NCBI GenBank assembly: GCA_046484325.1
Contig: JAWOJB010000054.1
Coordinates: forward strand, 2,287-66,286
Reading direction: 5' to 3'
Source of the DNA: Acidimicrobiia bacterium
GTDB taxonomy: Bacteria; Actinomycetota; Acidimicrobiia; Spongiisociales; ZC4RG35
DNA length: 64,000 nt
Below, piece after piece: positions 18,440-27,794 of the stretch. A program made the position numbers and the translations under genes. The notes below the pieces were generated by a model. It was given only the letters and a program-made list of their open reading frames with translations, had not been told where the DNA came from and made no database searches. Positions within the stretch are counted from its first letter, which is position 1. Every line of letters begins with the position of its first letter.

Positions 18440-20379
18440 GTACGGGCCCGGAGCCGGGTAGCCTTCGGGGCGTGAGCATCGTCGATCAGCCCGTCGGCGA
18501 GACGGAGGCCGCGCCCGGACCCCACCTCCTCGATCGGGTGTTCTCGCCTGCCGACCTCCGATCGATGGATCACGGTCAGCTCGCAGCCCTGTGCGCAGAG
18601 ATCCGCGCGTTCCTCGTCGATGCTATCTCGCGTACCGGCGGCCACCTCTCGCCGAACCTCGGCGTCGTCGAACTCACGGTCGCTCTCCATCGGGTCTTCG
18701 ACTCGCCGGTCGACCGGATCTTCTGGGACGTGGGTCATCAGGCTTACGTCCACAAGCTCGTGACCGGCCGCAAGGAGGGGTTCGCCAACCTCCGCCGGCT
18801 CGGCGGGCTGTCGGGATACCCGAGCCGTGAGGAGAGCGAGCACGACTTCGTCGAGAACAGCCACGCTTCGACCTCGCTGAGTTACGCCCTGGGCAACGCC
18901 CTCGCCAATCCGGGCCACTACACCCTCGCCGTGATCGGCGACGGGGCTCTCACCGGCGGGATGGCATTCGAGGCCCTCAGCCACATCGCCGTCGCCCAGC
19001 CCCGCAACCTCATCATCGTCGTCAACGACAACGGGCGCTCGTACGCCCCGACCGTCGGGGGACTGGCGATGCTCGCCAACCTCGCCCACATCCGGATGGA
19101 TCCCCGGTACGAGCACGCCAAGCGCAGGATCGGCTACCTGCTGCGCGGCTTGCCGGTCGTCGGCGAGGCCGCCGACGAGATGGCGATGCGGGTGAAGGAC
19201 GCCGTCAAGCAGGTGCTGGAGCCGGCCACCGTCTTCGACGCCCTGGGACTCAAGTACTCGGGACGAATCGATGGCCACGACCTGGCGCTGCTGGAGGAGA
19301 CCTTCGAGCGGGCCAAGGAGTACGAAGGCCCCGTCATCGTCCACGTCGTCACCGAGAAGGGCCTCGGCTACGAGCCGGCCATCGCCGACGAGGTGGACAA
19401 GCTGCACGGGGTCGGGTCGTTCGACGTCACCACCGGAAAGCCGGTCAAGTCCGAGCTGAAGCTCACCGACGTGGTGGGCCGGGCCCTGCTCGAGGCCGCC
19501 CGGACGCGGCCGGATCTCATCGCCATCTCGGCGGCCATGGTCACGTCGACCGGTCTCGCCGACATGGCGGAGGAGTTCCCGGAGCGGGTCATCGACACCG
19601 GGATCGCCGAGCAGCACTCGGTGACGCTCGCCGCCGGGCTGGCGATGGCGGGCATGCGCCCGGTCGTGGCGATCTACTCGAGCTTCCTCCAGCGTGCCTT
19701 CGACCAGATCGTGACGGACGTGGCGCTCCACCGCCTCCCCGTGACCTTCCTCGTCGATCGGGCGGGGGTGACCGGGCCGGACGGGCCGTCGCATCACGGC
19801 GTGTTCGATCTGTCCTACCTGCGCATGATCCCGGGCATGGTGGTGGGGGCTCCCTCCGACGCCCAGGATCTGTGCGCCATGCTCGAGACGGCTGTCGACC
19901 ACCCCGGTCCGGTGGCGATCCGGTTCCCGAAGGGCACGGCCTCGGCCGTGCCCTCGCTGCCGGCGCCGCCCATCCCGGTCGGCGAATGGGCTGAACGTTC
20001 CTTCGGCGAGGATCTCGTGTTCCTGGCGTCCGGCCCGATGGTGGAGGTCGCCGAGAAGGCGGCCGGCACGCTGGCCCAACGGGGCTTCTCGGTCGGAGTC
20101 GTCGATGCGCGTTGGGTCAAGCCCCTCGATGGACGGTTGATCGACTGGGTGGCGGGCTCGAAGCGGGCGATCACCCTCGAGGACAACGTCGTGGCCGGGG
20201 GCTTCGGAGCCGCCGTGCTCGAGGCCCTCGCCGGCACGGAGCTCGCCTCCCGGGTGACCGTGGCAGGGGTGCCCGATCGGTTCCTTCCGTTCGGCTCGCA
20301 ATCGGATGTGCACCACGAGATCGGCCTCGACGTCGATGGTGTCGTCGAGCTGGCGCTCGTGGTTCTGTCCGGGGCGTGA
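18436..20379 (+). CDS. dxs: 1-deoxy-D-xylulose-5-phosphate synthase
   Basis: GDGALTGGMAFEA thiamine-diphosphate motif, full transketolase-like architecture. The start could be GTG 18472 instead of 18436. Confidence 0.93.
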   Translation: MSTGPEPGSLRGVSIVDQPVGETEAAPGPHLLDRVFSPADLRSMDHGQLAALCAEIRAFLVDAISRTGGHLSPNLGVVELTVALHRVFDSPVDRIFWDVGHQAYVHKLVTGRKEGFANLRRLGGLSGYPSREESEHDFVENSHASTSLSYALGNALANPGHYTLAVIGDGALTGGMAFEALSHIAVAQPRNLIIVVNDNGRSYAPTVGGLAMLANLAHIRMDPRYEHAKRRIGYLLRGLPVVGEAADEMAMRVKDAVKQVLEPATVFDALGLKYSGRIDGHDLALLEETFERAKEYEGPVIVHVVTEKGLGYEPAIADEVDKLHGVGSFDVTTGKPVKSELKLTDVVGRALLEAARTRPDLIAISAAMVTSTGLADMAEEFPERVIDTGIAEQHSVTLAAGLAMAGMRPVVAIYSSFLQRAFDQIVTDVALHRLPVTFLVDRAGVTGPDGPSHHGVFDLSYLRMIPGMVVGAPSDAQDLCAMLETAVDHPGPVAIRFPKGTASAVPSLPAPPIPVGEWAERSFGEDLVFLASGPMVEVAEKAAGTLAQRGFSVGVVDARWVKPLDGRLIDWVAGSKRAITLEDNVVAGGFGAAVLEALAGTELASRVTVAGVPDRFLPFGSQSDVHHEIGLDVDGVVELALVVLSGA

Positions 20380-20415
20380 GGAGAGCCCCGGTAGCCTGAG
20401 GCCGTCAGGTTCCCA

Positions 20416-21552
20416 ATGAGCGTTCGCTCCGTTCGATTCGCCTTCATCCTCGTGCTCGGAACCCTTTTCGGGGCCGGGGCGTATGCCGGTGTGCGCGACG
20501 GTGGCCAGGCCGTGGCGGCGGAGCCGGCCGTTTCCGCCCCTCCGACCCCGATCGTGCCACCGCCGCCGACGACTACTACCACCTCGACGACCACGACCAC
20601 CCTCCCTCCGACCACCACGACGACCACGATTCCCCCAGATCCCGATCGTGGCTGGCTGGTGATCCACGGCACGGGTGATGTCACCCTCGACCCCGACTAC
20701 ATCCCCAACCTCCGCCGGTACGGGTACGGGTTCGCCTGGGAGGGGCTGGGAGCGCTGTTCCTGCGAGATCACCTGACGGTCGTCAACCTCGAGTGCTCGC
20801 CCTCCCGCCTGGGGACCCCGTTCGACAAGGCGTTCACCTTCCGGTGCGACCCCGATGCCCTCCCGTACGCGGTCGAGGCAGGCATCGAGGTCATGAACCT
20901 CGCCAACAACCACGGTCAGGACTTCGGTAAGGAGGCGATGCTGGACGGGCGGGCCAACGTGATCGCCGCAGGCGCCGCTCCCGTGGGGGTCGGCAAGGAC
21001 CTCGCGGAGGCCACCAAGCCCGCCATCTTCGAGCTCGAAGGATGGACGGTCGCGGTGCTCGGGTTCGGCGGGGTGGTGCCGTGGGAGGCGTGGCTCGCCA
21101 CCGAGGACCGGGCGGGCATGGCCAGTGGTGACGACATCCCCACGATGGTCGGAGCCGTCCGCAGGGCGAAGACGCAGGCCGATCTGGTGGTGGTCACGAT
21201 CCACTGGGGTCGAGAGCTGGACACCCAGCCGCTCGCCGAGGACGTCGAGCGGGCCGAGGCCATGATCGAGGCCGGGGCGGACATCATCATCGGCCACCAC
21301 CAGCACCGGCTCAACCCCCTCACGTTCATCGACGGCAAGCCGGTGGCGTGGGGGATGGGAAACTTCGTGTGGCCGCGGCTCTCCGAGGCGAGCGCCACCA
21401 CGGCCGTGGCCAGGTTCGTCGTCTCACCGGAGGGCGACATCGACGCCTGCCTCATCCCGGCGTTCATCGGGGTGTCCGGCCGGCCCGAGCTCCGGGGCGA
21501 GCCGACATGCGCACCCCCGGTCGAGCCCCGCGAGGTCCCCGATGCCGGCTGA
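20416..21552 (+). CDS. CapA family (PGA_cap metallophosphatase-like) membrane-anchored protein with Pro/Thr linker
   Basis: N-terminal TM, PPPPTTTTTSTTTTTLPPTTTTTTIPP linker, then GTGDVTLDPDY...VVNLECS...NLANNHGQDFG, typical of CapA. Confidence 0.8.
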   Translation: MSVRSVRFAFILVLGTLFGAGAYAGVRDGGQAVAAEPAVSAPPTPIVPPPPTTTTTSTTTTTLPPTTTTTTIPPDPDRGWLVIHGTGDVTLDPDYIPNLRRYGYGFAWEGLGALFLRDHLTVVNLECSPSRLGTPFDKAFTFRCDPDALPYAVEAGIEVMNLANNHGQDFGKEAMLDGRANVIAAGAAPVGVGKDLAEATKPAIFELEGWTVAVLGFGGVVPWEAWLATEDRAGMASGDDIPTMVGAVRRAKTQADLVVVTIHWGRELDTQPLAEDVERAEAMIEAGADIIIGHHQHRLNPLTFIDGKPVAWGMGNFVWPRLSEASATTAVARFVVSPEGDIDACLIPAFIGVSGRPELRGEPTCAPPVEPREVPDAG

Positions 21553-23104
21553 GCCGCGCGTGAACTGGCGCCCGATGCTCGCCGTCCTCGCCATGGGCGG
21601 GGTCATGATCGGGGTGGCGGGTCTCATCGCCCGCGGCGAGCAGGATCCCGGATCGGCGGGTGCGCCCACGTCGACGACCTCGACCGTCCCCGACGCCGCC
21701 GAGCCCAGCGAGGGTGGACCGGTCTCAGGACCGGACGAGACAACCACGACCACCACGCTTCGGCTCCCCGAGCGCGAGCCCGACACCGTTCCCGCCTGGA
21801 CCGTCGGGCTCCCGTGGGGTGAGACGGTGGGTCTGACCATGTTCCGAGGGAACCCCACTCGTACCTGGTACGGCACGGGGCCGCTGCCGGAGACCGCCCC
21901 CGAGGTGGCCTGGCGCTATCCGGACGGCCCGATGTGTGGCAGCTCCTCGGAGGGCGGGGCGACCCGGACCTGGTGCGGCACAGGGTGGACCGGCCAGCCG
22001 GTGATCTGGGAGCGACCCGACAACGTCACCGAGGTGATCTTCGGTGCCTACGACAAGAGCGTGCACTTCGTCGATGCCGCCACCGGGCGCAGCCTCAGAC
22101 CCCCCTTCCGGACCGGCGACATCATCAAGGGATCGGTCACCCTCGACCCCGACGGGTACCCGCTGCTCTACTTCGGCTCCCGGGACAACAAGCTCCGGAT
22201 CGTTGCTCTCGACCGCGACGAGCCCACGGAGCTCTGGTCGCTCCATGCCAACGAGGTGAAGGGGATCTGGAACGACGACTGGGACGGCAACCCGGTGATC
22301 GTCGACGACATCATGTACGAGGGCGGGGAGAACAGCTGGTTCTTCGCGGTCGAGCTGAATCGGGGCTACGCAGCCGACGGGAAGGTCGTCGTGGACCCAC
22401 GGATCGTCTTCAAGATGCCCGGGTGGACCGACGAGCTCATCGCCAAGGTGGGGCGCAACGTGTCGATCGAGAACTCACCGGCGGTGTTCGAGCAACGGGT
22501 GTACTTCGCCAACTCGGGCGGGCGGGTGGTGGGCCTCGACGTGTCGCGGGTGAGGGAGGGGGATGTCGACATCGTCCTCGACTACTGGGTCGGCGACGAC
22601 GTCGACGCCACGATCGTCGTCGACCGGGAGGGGATGATCTACGTCTCGGTCGAGGACGAGCGAAAGAACGCCCGTTCGAGAGAGCTCGGCCAGCTCATCA
22701 AGCTCGACCCCTACCGGCCCGACGACCCCTACGTGTGGGGGGTGCCGGTGCCCGGCGGCAGCGGGGACGGTGGGCTATGGGCCACGCCGGCGCTCGGCGA
22801 CGGCGTCCTGTACGCCTCGACGCACACCGGCGAGCTGCTCGTCGTCGACACCGACACCGGCGAGGTGGTGTGGGAGGACTCGATCGGATGGCACGCGTGG
22901 TCGTCTCCGGTGATCGTGGACGAGCGGCTGCTCGTGGCGACCTGCTCGGGGGAGCTGAGGCTCTACTCGATCGAGGACCCTCGGAGCCCTCGCCGCCTCT
23001 GGTCGATCCAGGGCTCCGAGAGCTGCATCGAGTCAACTCCGGCGGTGTGGGAGGGGGTCATCTACGTGGGTGCGAGGGACGGGTACTTCCGGGCGTACCG
23101 GTAG
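21542..23104 (+). CDS. PQQ-like / BamB-like beta-propeller repeat protein, membrane anchored
   Basis: 11-nt overlap with capA. TM helix, Thr linker. Repeated propeller blades (VYFANSGGRVVGLD, LYASTHTGELLVVDTDTGEVVW, IYVGARDGYFRAY). Confidence 0.8.
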   Translation: MPAEPRVNWRPMLAVLAMGGVMIGVAGLIARGEQDPGSAGAPTSTTSTVPDAAEPSEGGPVSGPDETTTTTTLRLPEREPDTVPAWTVGLPWGETVGLTMFRGNPTRTWYGTGPLPETAPEVAWRYPDGPMCGSSSEGGATRTWCGTGWTGQPVIWERPDNVTEVIFGAYDKSVHFVDAATGRSLRPPFRTGDIIKGSVTLDPDGYPLLYFGSRDNKLRIVALDRDEPTELWSLHANEVKGIWNDDWDGNPVIVDDIMYEGGENSWFFAVELNRGYAADGKVVVDPRIVFKMPGWTDELIAKVGRNVSIENSPAVFEQRVYFANSGGRVVGLDVSRVREGDVDIVLDYWVGDDVDATIVVDREGMIYVSVEDERKNARSRELGQLIKLDPYRPDDPYVWGVPVPGGSGDGGLWATPALGDGVLYASTHTGELLVVDTDTGEVVWEDSIGWHAWSSPVIVDERLLVATCSGELRLYSIEDPRSPRRLWSIQGSESCIESTPAVWEGVIYVGARDGYFRAYR

Positions 23105-23112
23105 CCAGACCC

Positions 23113-23140
23113 AGTGCGCCGTGCGCTATGCGCCAGACAC
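23113..23140. repeat. Short heptamer array (3-4 units NNTGCGC)
   Basis: agtgcgc cgtgcgc tatgcgc cagacac. Begins 9 nt after the TAG stop at 23102-23104 and overlaps the last codons of the convergent thioesterase gene. Confidence 0.6.
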
Positions 23141-23917
23141 GGGGCTAAGCAACAGGTTCTGGACCGCCGTGCCGACCGGCCCGTCGACGTCGAAGAGGGT
23201 TGCCTCGGCACTGCCGACTCCGCTCGGATGCCAGTGGGAGAGGACCCGGGAGGCGTGCCACTCCCCCCGGGGAGGCCGGTGGATCGAGATCGTGAGGTCG
23301 GGGTTGACGAAGAAGATCTCGTCGAGGTAGGCGTTGTAGCTGATCCCGTTCCCGCAGTCGGCCAGCGGGCAGATCCGCTGAAACGGGCTCGGTTCCTCGT
23401 CGGCCAGGATCGGCACCTTGAGTCGCATCCATACGGTCGTGGGCCCGCCGCTGCCCTGGGACTGCGCCGGGTCGTACCGGACGTTCACCGAGTCGTTGAA
23501 GCCAGTCAGCCCGTGCGCGGTGGTGTGGATCGGGAAGGGGCCCGGCACGGCCACGGTGAAGTCGGGGACATCGACCTCGGGAGTCGAGACATCGATCCCG
23601 TCGGCGATCCTCAGGTGCATCCCGTACGCCCGGGCGAAGATGGTGTCGTCGTCGAAGATCTCCGCCTCCGTGAGCGTGACCTGCCTCCCCGGGCGGCGGA
23701 TCTCGCCCTGGGCCCGGAACCCGGTCATCGGGACGGGCCTCATCAGCTCCACGGTCATCCGTGCGAGGTGCATGTCGGGCACGAGGCGCTCGACGGCCCG
23801 AGCCATGAGGGCGGTCGGCGGCCCGGCGTGGCAGGCCCCGGGGTCCCACGGGCCGCGAGTGTGCTCGGTGGGAAGGAAGCGGAGACCGTCGGGGGTCGTG
23901 AAGTAGGCGGCGGCCAC
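23126..23917 (-). CDS. Thioesterase-like superfamily protein (acyl-CoA thioesterase/TesB-like double hotdog)
   Basis: 263-aa ORF. N-terminus FLPTEHTRGPWDPGACHAGPPTALMARA is typical of this family. Abuts the upstream M20 gene. Confidence 0.7.
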   Translation of the reverse strand: MAAAYFTTPDGLRFLPTEHTRGPWDPGACHAGPPTALMARAVERLVPDMHLARMTVELMRPVPMTGFRAQGEIRRPGRQVTLTEAEIFDDDTIFARAYGMHLRIADGIDVSTPEVDVPDFTVAVPGPFPIHTTAHGLTGFNDSVNVRYDPAQSQGSGGPTTVWMRLKVPILADEEPSPFQRICPLADCGNGISYNAYLDEIFFVNPDLTISIHRPPRGEWHASRVLSHWHPSGVGSAEATLFDVDGPVGTAVQNLLLSPVSGA

Positions 23918-25060
23918 CTACAGCTCCGACCACAGATCCCGGGTGGCCAGATCGATCACCGTCCAGGCCATTCCGAGGGCACCGTCGCGGATCGCCCGAT
24001 GCCCGTCGGGCGTGAGGGTGTGGGCGGCGAACTCCTTCTGGTGGTTCACCGCCGGGGCCGAGTCGATGCCCAGCATCGGGTGGATCGACGGGACGACCTT
24101 TGACACGTTCCCCATGTCGGTCGAGCCCGACCGGTCGGGGGGGATCTCCGCTCCACGGGCCATCGGCCTCCCGAGCGAGGCGGCGTTGGCCGTGAACAGC
24201 TCGACCAGAGTGGGGTTGTGGATCATGTCGTCGTAGGTGTGGCCGACCTGTTCGATCTCGACCCGGCAGCCGGTTGCGGTCGCCGCCCCCTCGAAGCAGG
24301 CCCGGACCCGGGGGAGCAGCTCTTCGAGGCGCTCGCGGGTCTGGGCACGCACGTACCAGGACGACCGTGTGTAGGCGGGGACGATGTTGGGGGCCTCGCC
24401 ACCCTCGTGGATGATCCCGTGGATCTTGTCGGTGGGGTAGATCGCCTGGCGAAGAGTGGAGATGTTGACGTAGGCCTGGACGAAGGCGTCGAGGGCATTG
24501 ATCCCGAGCTGGGGGTAGGCCGAGGCGTGAGCCTCTCGACCGTGGAAGTGGACGTCGAAGTGGCCGACAGCGATCACGTTGCCGTCGACGACGTCCTCGG
24601 GGGTGGGATGGACCATCATCGCGGCGGCGGCACCGTCGAATGCCCCGGCCAGGATGAGATCAACCTTGCCGCCGAAGTGCTCCTCGGCCGGGGTGCCAAG
24701 CACCGTCAACCGGAAGCCGAGCTCGTCGGCAAGGGGGAGGAGGGCATAGCCGGCGCCGAGGGCGGCGGTGGCGATGATGTTGTGTCCGCAGGCATGACCC
24801 ACGCCGGGAAGGGCGTCCTCCTCGGCGCAGATGATCACCTCCGGCCCCCGTGATCCGGCCCTGGCGGTGAACGCGGTGTCGAGTCCGTAGGCGGGGTGCT
24901 CAACGTCGAAGCCGGTCTCCCGGAGGAACCCGGCCAGCCGCCGGGAGGTCTCGTGCTCCTGGTAGGCCACCTCGGGGTGGTCGTACATCCAGCGGCTCAA
25001 CTCGCGGAGGCGCGGCTCGGCCTCCTCGAAACGGGCTTGGGCGAGTTCCTTCGGGTTCAT
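23918..25060 (-). CDS. M20 family amidohydrolase/peptidase
   Basis: GHACGHN metal-binding motif and overall M20D-like sequence. Confidence 0.85.
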   Translation of the reverse strand: MNPKELAQARFEEAEPRLRELSRWMYDHPEVAYQEHETSRRLAGFLRETGFDVEHPAYGLDTAFTARAGSRGPEVIICAEEDALPGVGHACGHNIIATAALGAGYALLPLADELGFRLTVLGTPAEEHFGGKVDLILAGAFDGAAAAMMVHPTPEDVVDGNVIAVGHFDVHFHGREAHASAYPQLGINALDAFVQAYVNISTLRQAIYPTDKIHGIIHEGGEAPNIVPAYTRSSWYVRAQTRERLEELLPRVRACFEGAATATGCRVEIEQVGHTYDDMIHNPTLVELFTANAASLGRPMARGAEIPPDRSGSTDMGNVSKVVPSIHPMLGIDSAPAVNHQKEFAAHTLTPDGHRAIRDGALGMAWTVIDLATRDLWSEL

Positions 25061-25113
25061 GGCGTTGACGGTACTGCGCCGGTCCGCGCGCGGTGCGCTC
25101 TAGCCTCTCGTCG

Positions 25114-25638
25114 ATGCGCCGCTTCGTCTCCGTGTTCGTCTTCGTGGTCGCCGCCTGCGGTGGCCCGGCTGCGGACACCACGACCACCAGCGTGGTCGAC
25201 ACGACCACCACCTCGCCCGAGTCGACCACCACGACGGTGGTCCCGGTGCTCGACGACTGCCCGCCCGCTCCCTATCGCGTGCCGGTGCTGCCGGCCAGGG
25301 TCGACGAGGTGGCGGTCCCCTCGGAGGAGATCGAGCTCGACCCGGTCACCTCGGCTCCGGGCACTCACTCGACGATCTGGCTCGACGGCGAGGGCGACCT
25401 GGCGGTGGCGCTCGTCCGGGGGACCCTGCCACTCGAGGACTTCCCCGGGGACAAGGGGGAGGTCTTCATCGACGGGGCTCGCGGGGTGGCGGGGCCGTTC
25501 CCCGATGGATCGTGGGTGGTGGCGTGGTTCGAGGCGCCGGGCGAACGGTGCGACCTCTACACGATGGTGTTCTACCCCCCGGTCGAGCCGCTGGAAGTGC
25601 GCGACACGATCGAGGCGATGGACCGGGTCGCCGGCTGA
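25114..25638 (+). CDS. Secreted lipoprotein with Thr-rich linker, unknown function
   Basis: ORF 25093..25638. MRRFVSVFVFVVAACGG lipobox from ATG 25114. DTTTTSVVDTTTTSPESTTTT linker. Confidence 0.65.
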   Translation: MRRFVSVFVFVVAACGGPAADTTTTSVVDTTTTSPESTTTTVVPVLDDCPPAPYRVPVLPARVDEVAVPSEEIELDPVTSAPGTHSTIWLDGEGDLAVALVRGTLPLEDFPGDKGEVFIDGARGVAGPFPDGSWVVAWFEAPGERCDLYTMVFYPPVEPLEVRDTIEAMDRVAG

Positions 25639-25647
25639 CCATGCGAA

Positions 25648-25694
25648 CTGTGGGCCGGGGAACACGATTTCCGTGTTCCCCAGCCCTGGGTTGG
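25648..25694. repeat. Dispersed ~47-bp double-palindrome element, copy 1
   Basis: ctGTGGGCCGGGGAACACGatttcCGTGTTCCCCAGCCCTGGGTTGG. 10-bp stem GGGGAACACG/CGTGTTCCCC with a 5-nt loop, followed by the palindrome-like CCAGCCCTGGGTTGG. Lies between convergent 3' ends. Confidence 0.9.
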
Positions 25695-25699
25695 TCGGT

Positions 25700-26629
25700 T
25701 CAGCCGGTCGGGCCGTTGTCCGAGCCTGCGTCCTTCCACATCTCGGCGATGGCGGCGACGCCGCCGAGCACACCGGTCGTGTCGAGGGGGAGGAAGATCT
25801 TGGTTGCCTGGCCGTTGGCCACCTCCTGGAGCGTCTCCAGATAGCGGATGGCCACCAGGTCGGGGGTGGGGTCCCCCGTGTGGATGGCGGAGAACACCCG
25901 CTCGATCGCCCGGCCCTCGCCTTCGGCCACCGTCTCCTTCTGGTACCGATCGGCGTCGGCGACCCGCTTGATCGCCTCGGCCTTTCCCTCGGCCTCGAGG
26001 ATCTGGCTCTCCTTCACGCCCTCCGAGCGGAGGATGGCCGCCCGCTTCTCGCCCTCGGCCTCGGTCACCGCAGCCCGGCGGTCCCGCTCGGCCTTCATCT
26101 GCCGGTGCATGGCCTCGGTGACGTCGCTCGGGGGCTCGATCCGTTGGATCTCGACCCGGACCACCCGGGTGCCCCACTTGTCGGTGGCGTCGTCGAGGAT
26201 CTGACGCAGTTTGGCGTTGATGACCTCGCGGGAGGTGAGCGCGGCGTCGAGGTCGAGGTCGCCGACCACGTTCCTCAGGTTGGTCTGGGCGAGCTTGGTG
26301 ACGGCCATCACGAAGTTGGCCACGTTGTACTTCAGCTTCACCGGGTCGGTTGCCTCGTAGTAGATGACGGCGTCGACCGTCACCACCACGTTGTCCTTCG
26401 TGATGACCTCTTGGGGAGGGACGTCGACGACCTGCTCTCGCATGTCGACCTTGGTGATCCGCTTGACGAAGGGCATCACCCAGCGGAGGCCTGAGTCGAC
26501 GGTCTTGTCGTACCGGCCCAGCACCTCGACCAGGCCCTTCTCGTAGGGCCGGATGATTCGGAACCCCGTGGCCGCGATGAGGATGAAGGCCAGTGCCAGC
26601 ACCCCGAAGAGTGCGATCAGCGCTTCCAT
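25700..26629 (-). CDS. SPFH/band 7 (stomatin-like) family protein
   Basis: N-terminal TM then [30 protein letters not shown], the classic SPFH start. Coiled-coil C-terminus. Confidence 0.92.
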   Translation of the reverse strand: MEALIALFGVLALAFILIAATGFRIIRPYEKGLVEVLGRYDKTVDSGLRWVMPFVKRITKVDMREQVVDVPPQEVITKDNVVVTVDAVIYYEATDPVKLKYNVANFVMAVTKLAQTNLRNVVGDLDLDAALTSREVINAKLRQILDDATDKWGTRVVRVEIQRIEPPSDVTEAMHRQMKAERDRRAAVTEAEGEKRAAILRSEGVKESQILEAEGKAEAIKRVADADRYQKETVAEGEGRAIERVFSAIHTGDPTPDLVAIRYLETLQEVANGQATKIFLPLDTTGVLGGVAAIAEMWKDAGSDNGPTG

Positions 26630-26659
26630 GTCCGTCCTTTCCGTCGTGTTCTCACGTGC

Positions 26660-27448
26660 TCAGTCTCTCGGGGCCACCAGGACCCGGGTGCCCCGGATTT
26701 CCTGCACCACCACCCAGGCCCCCGCCTCGATCGTCTCTTCGGCCAGGGCCCGCCACTCCTCGCCACCGACCCGGACCAGCCCGGTGTCCAGCGTGGCGTC
26801 GATCGTCTCGAGCGCGATCCCAACCACCCCGACGAGCCGATTCGGGCCCACCTTGGGCTGCTCGACCTCGTCCTGGTGGCGGATGAACCTCCGGAGGTAG
26901 GCCAGCGACAGGATCGACACGGCGAAGAAGACGAGCCACTGCGCCACGAGGTTCACGCCGAGCCAGGCCAGGATGGCCGCCGCCGCCGCCCCGATCCCGA
27001 ATGGCAGCAGGAAGAACCCGGCCGTGAAGATTTCGCCGATCCCGAAGAGCAGCGCCAATCCCGTCCAGAACCAACGCCAGATCTCGTTGTCCACCGTGCC
27101 GCCTCCGTTCTCGTTCCCGAGGGTGGCGCCGACGATCACGCCTGCCACGAGCGCCACCCCTCCGATCACGTACGCCCAGAACGCCCACCGTCCGGCTCGG
27201 GGGCGGGACGGCTCTGGAGCGCCGCCACCGGGCTCCTCCGATCGCCACTCGACCGCCCACGCCTCGGCGAAGGCCCGCCGATCCGGCCCGATCACGTCCT
27301 CGACGGTGCGGCCGTCCTCGGCCGCCTGGAGCAGGTGCTGCTGGAGTTCCAGGCGCATGCCCGCGACCGTCTCCGGGGGGACGCCGGTGTCGCGCCAGTA
27401 GCGCTCGCAGGCGGCTACCGCCTGATCCACGTCCCTCCGTTCAGTCAT
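26660..27448 (-). CDS. Fusion protein: PadR-associated HAAS/DUF1700-like N-terminal helical domain, TM helices and an NfeD C-terminal OB domain
   Basis: ORF 26660..27460. GGAGGA precedes ATG 27448. The N-terminus RLELQQHLLQAAEDGRTVEDVIGPDRRAFAEAWA fits the DUF1700/HAAS pattern. Several TM helices. C-terminus LVGVVGIALETID...GLVRVGGEEWRALAEETIEAGAWVVVQEIRGTRVLV is NfeD-like. Confidence 0.75.
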   Translation of the reverse strand: MTERRDVDQAVAACERYWRDTGVPPETVAGMRLELQQHLLQAAEDGRTVEDVIGPDRRAFAEAWAVEWRSEEPGGGAPEPSRPRAGRWAFWAYVIGGVALVAGVIVGATLGNENGGGTVDNEIWRWFWTGLALLFGIGEIFTAGFFLLPFGIGAAAAAILAWLGVNLVAQWLVFFAVSILSLAYLRRFIRHQDEVEQPKVGPNRLVGVVGIALETIDATLDTGLVRVGGEEWRALAEETIEAGAWVVVQEIRGTRVLVAPRD

Positions 27449-27794
27449 CCGATCCTCCATTCAGCACCCGGTCCACCGCCTCGACCAGGGTCCGCCAATC
27501 CCGTTCCCATTCCTCGAGGGCGGTGGCGCCCTCCGGAGCGACCCGGTAGTACTTGCGGGCGGGTCCGCCGCTCGACTCCACCAGGTATCCCTCGATGAGC
27601 CCCTGACGCTGGAGCCGGCTCAACAGGGGGTAGATGGTCCCCTCGCTCACGAGGTCGAGTCCTCGATCCGAGAGCTTGCGCACCATCTCGTATCCGTAGC
27701 TGGGTTCCTCGTCGATTATCGCCAGCAGGCACATGTCGAGGACGCCCTTCAGCAGCTGCGAGCTGCGCTCGGAGCCGCCACTCGTCACTACCAT
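27441..27794 (-). CDS. PadR family transcriptional regulator
   Basis: LLKGVLDMCLLAIIDEEPSYGYEMVRKL...GTIYPLLSRLQRQGLIEGY. ATG 27794 preferred over TTG 27803. Its stop overlaps the downstream gene start. Confidence 0.92.
   Translation of the reverse strand: MVVTSGGSERSSQLLKGVLDMCLLAIIDEEPSYGYEMVRKLSDRGLDLVSEGTIYPLLSRLQRQGLIEGYLVESSGGPARKYYRVAPEGATALEEWERDWRTLVEAVDRVLNGGSDD

Noticed and set aside
20560-20640. ACC/ACG-rich tracts (also 36558-36682, 21730-21760 and 25180-25240) as non-coding tandem repeats or VNTR elements
   Set aside because: They are in frame within well-supported exported-protein genes and encode poly-Thr linkers.
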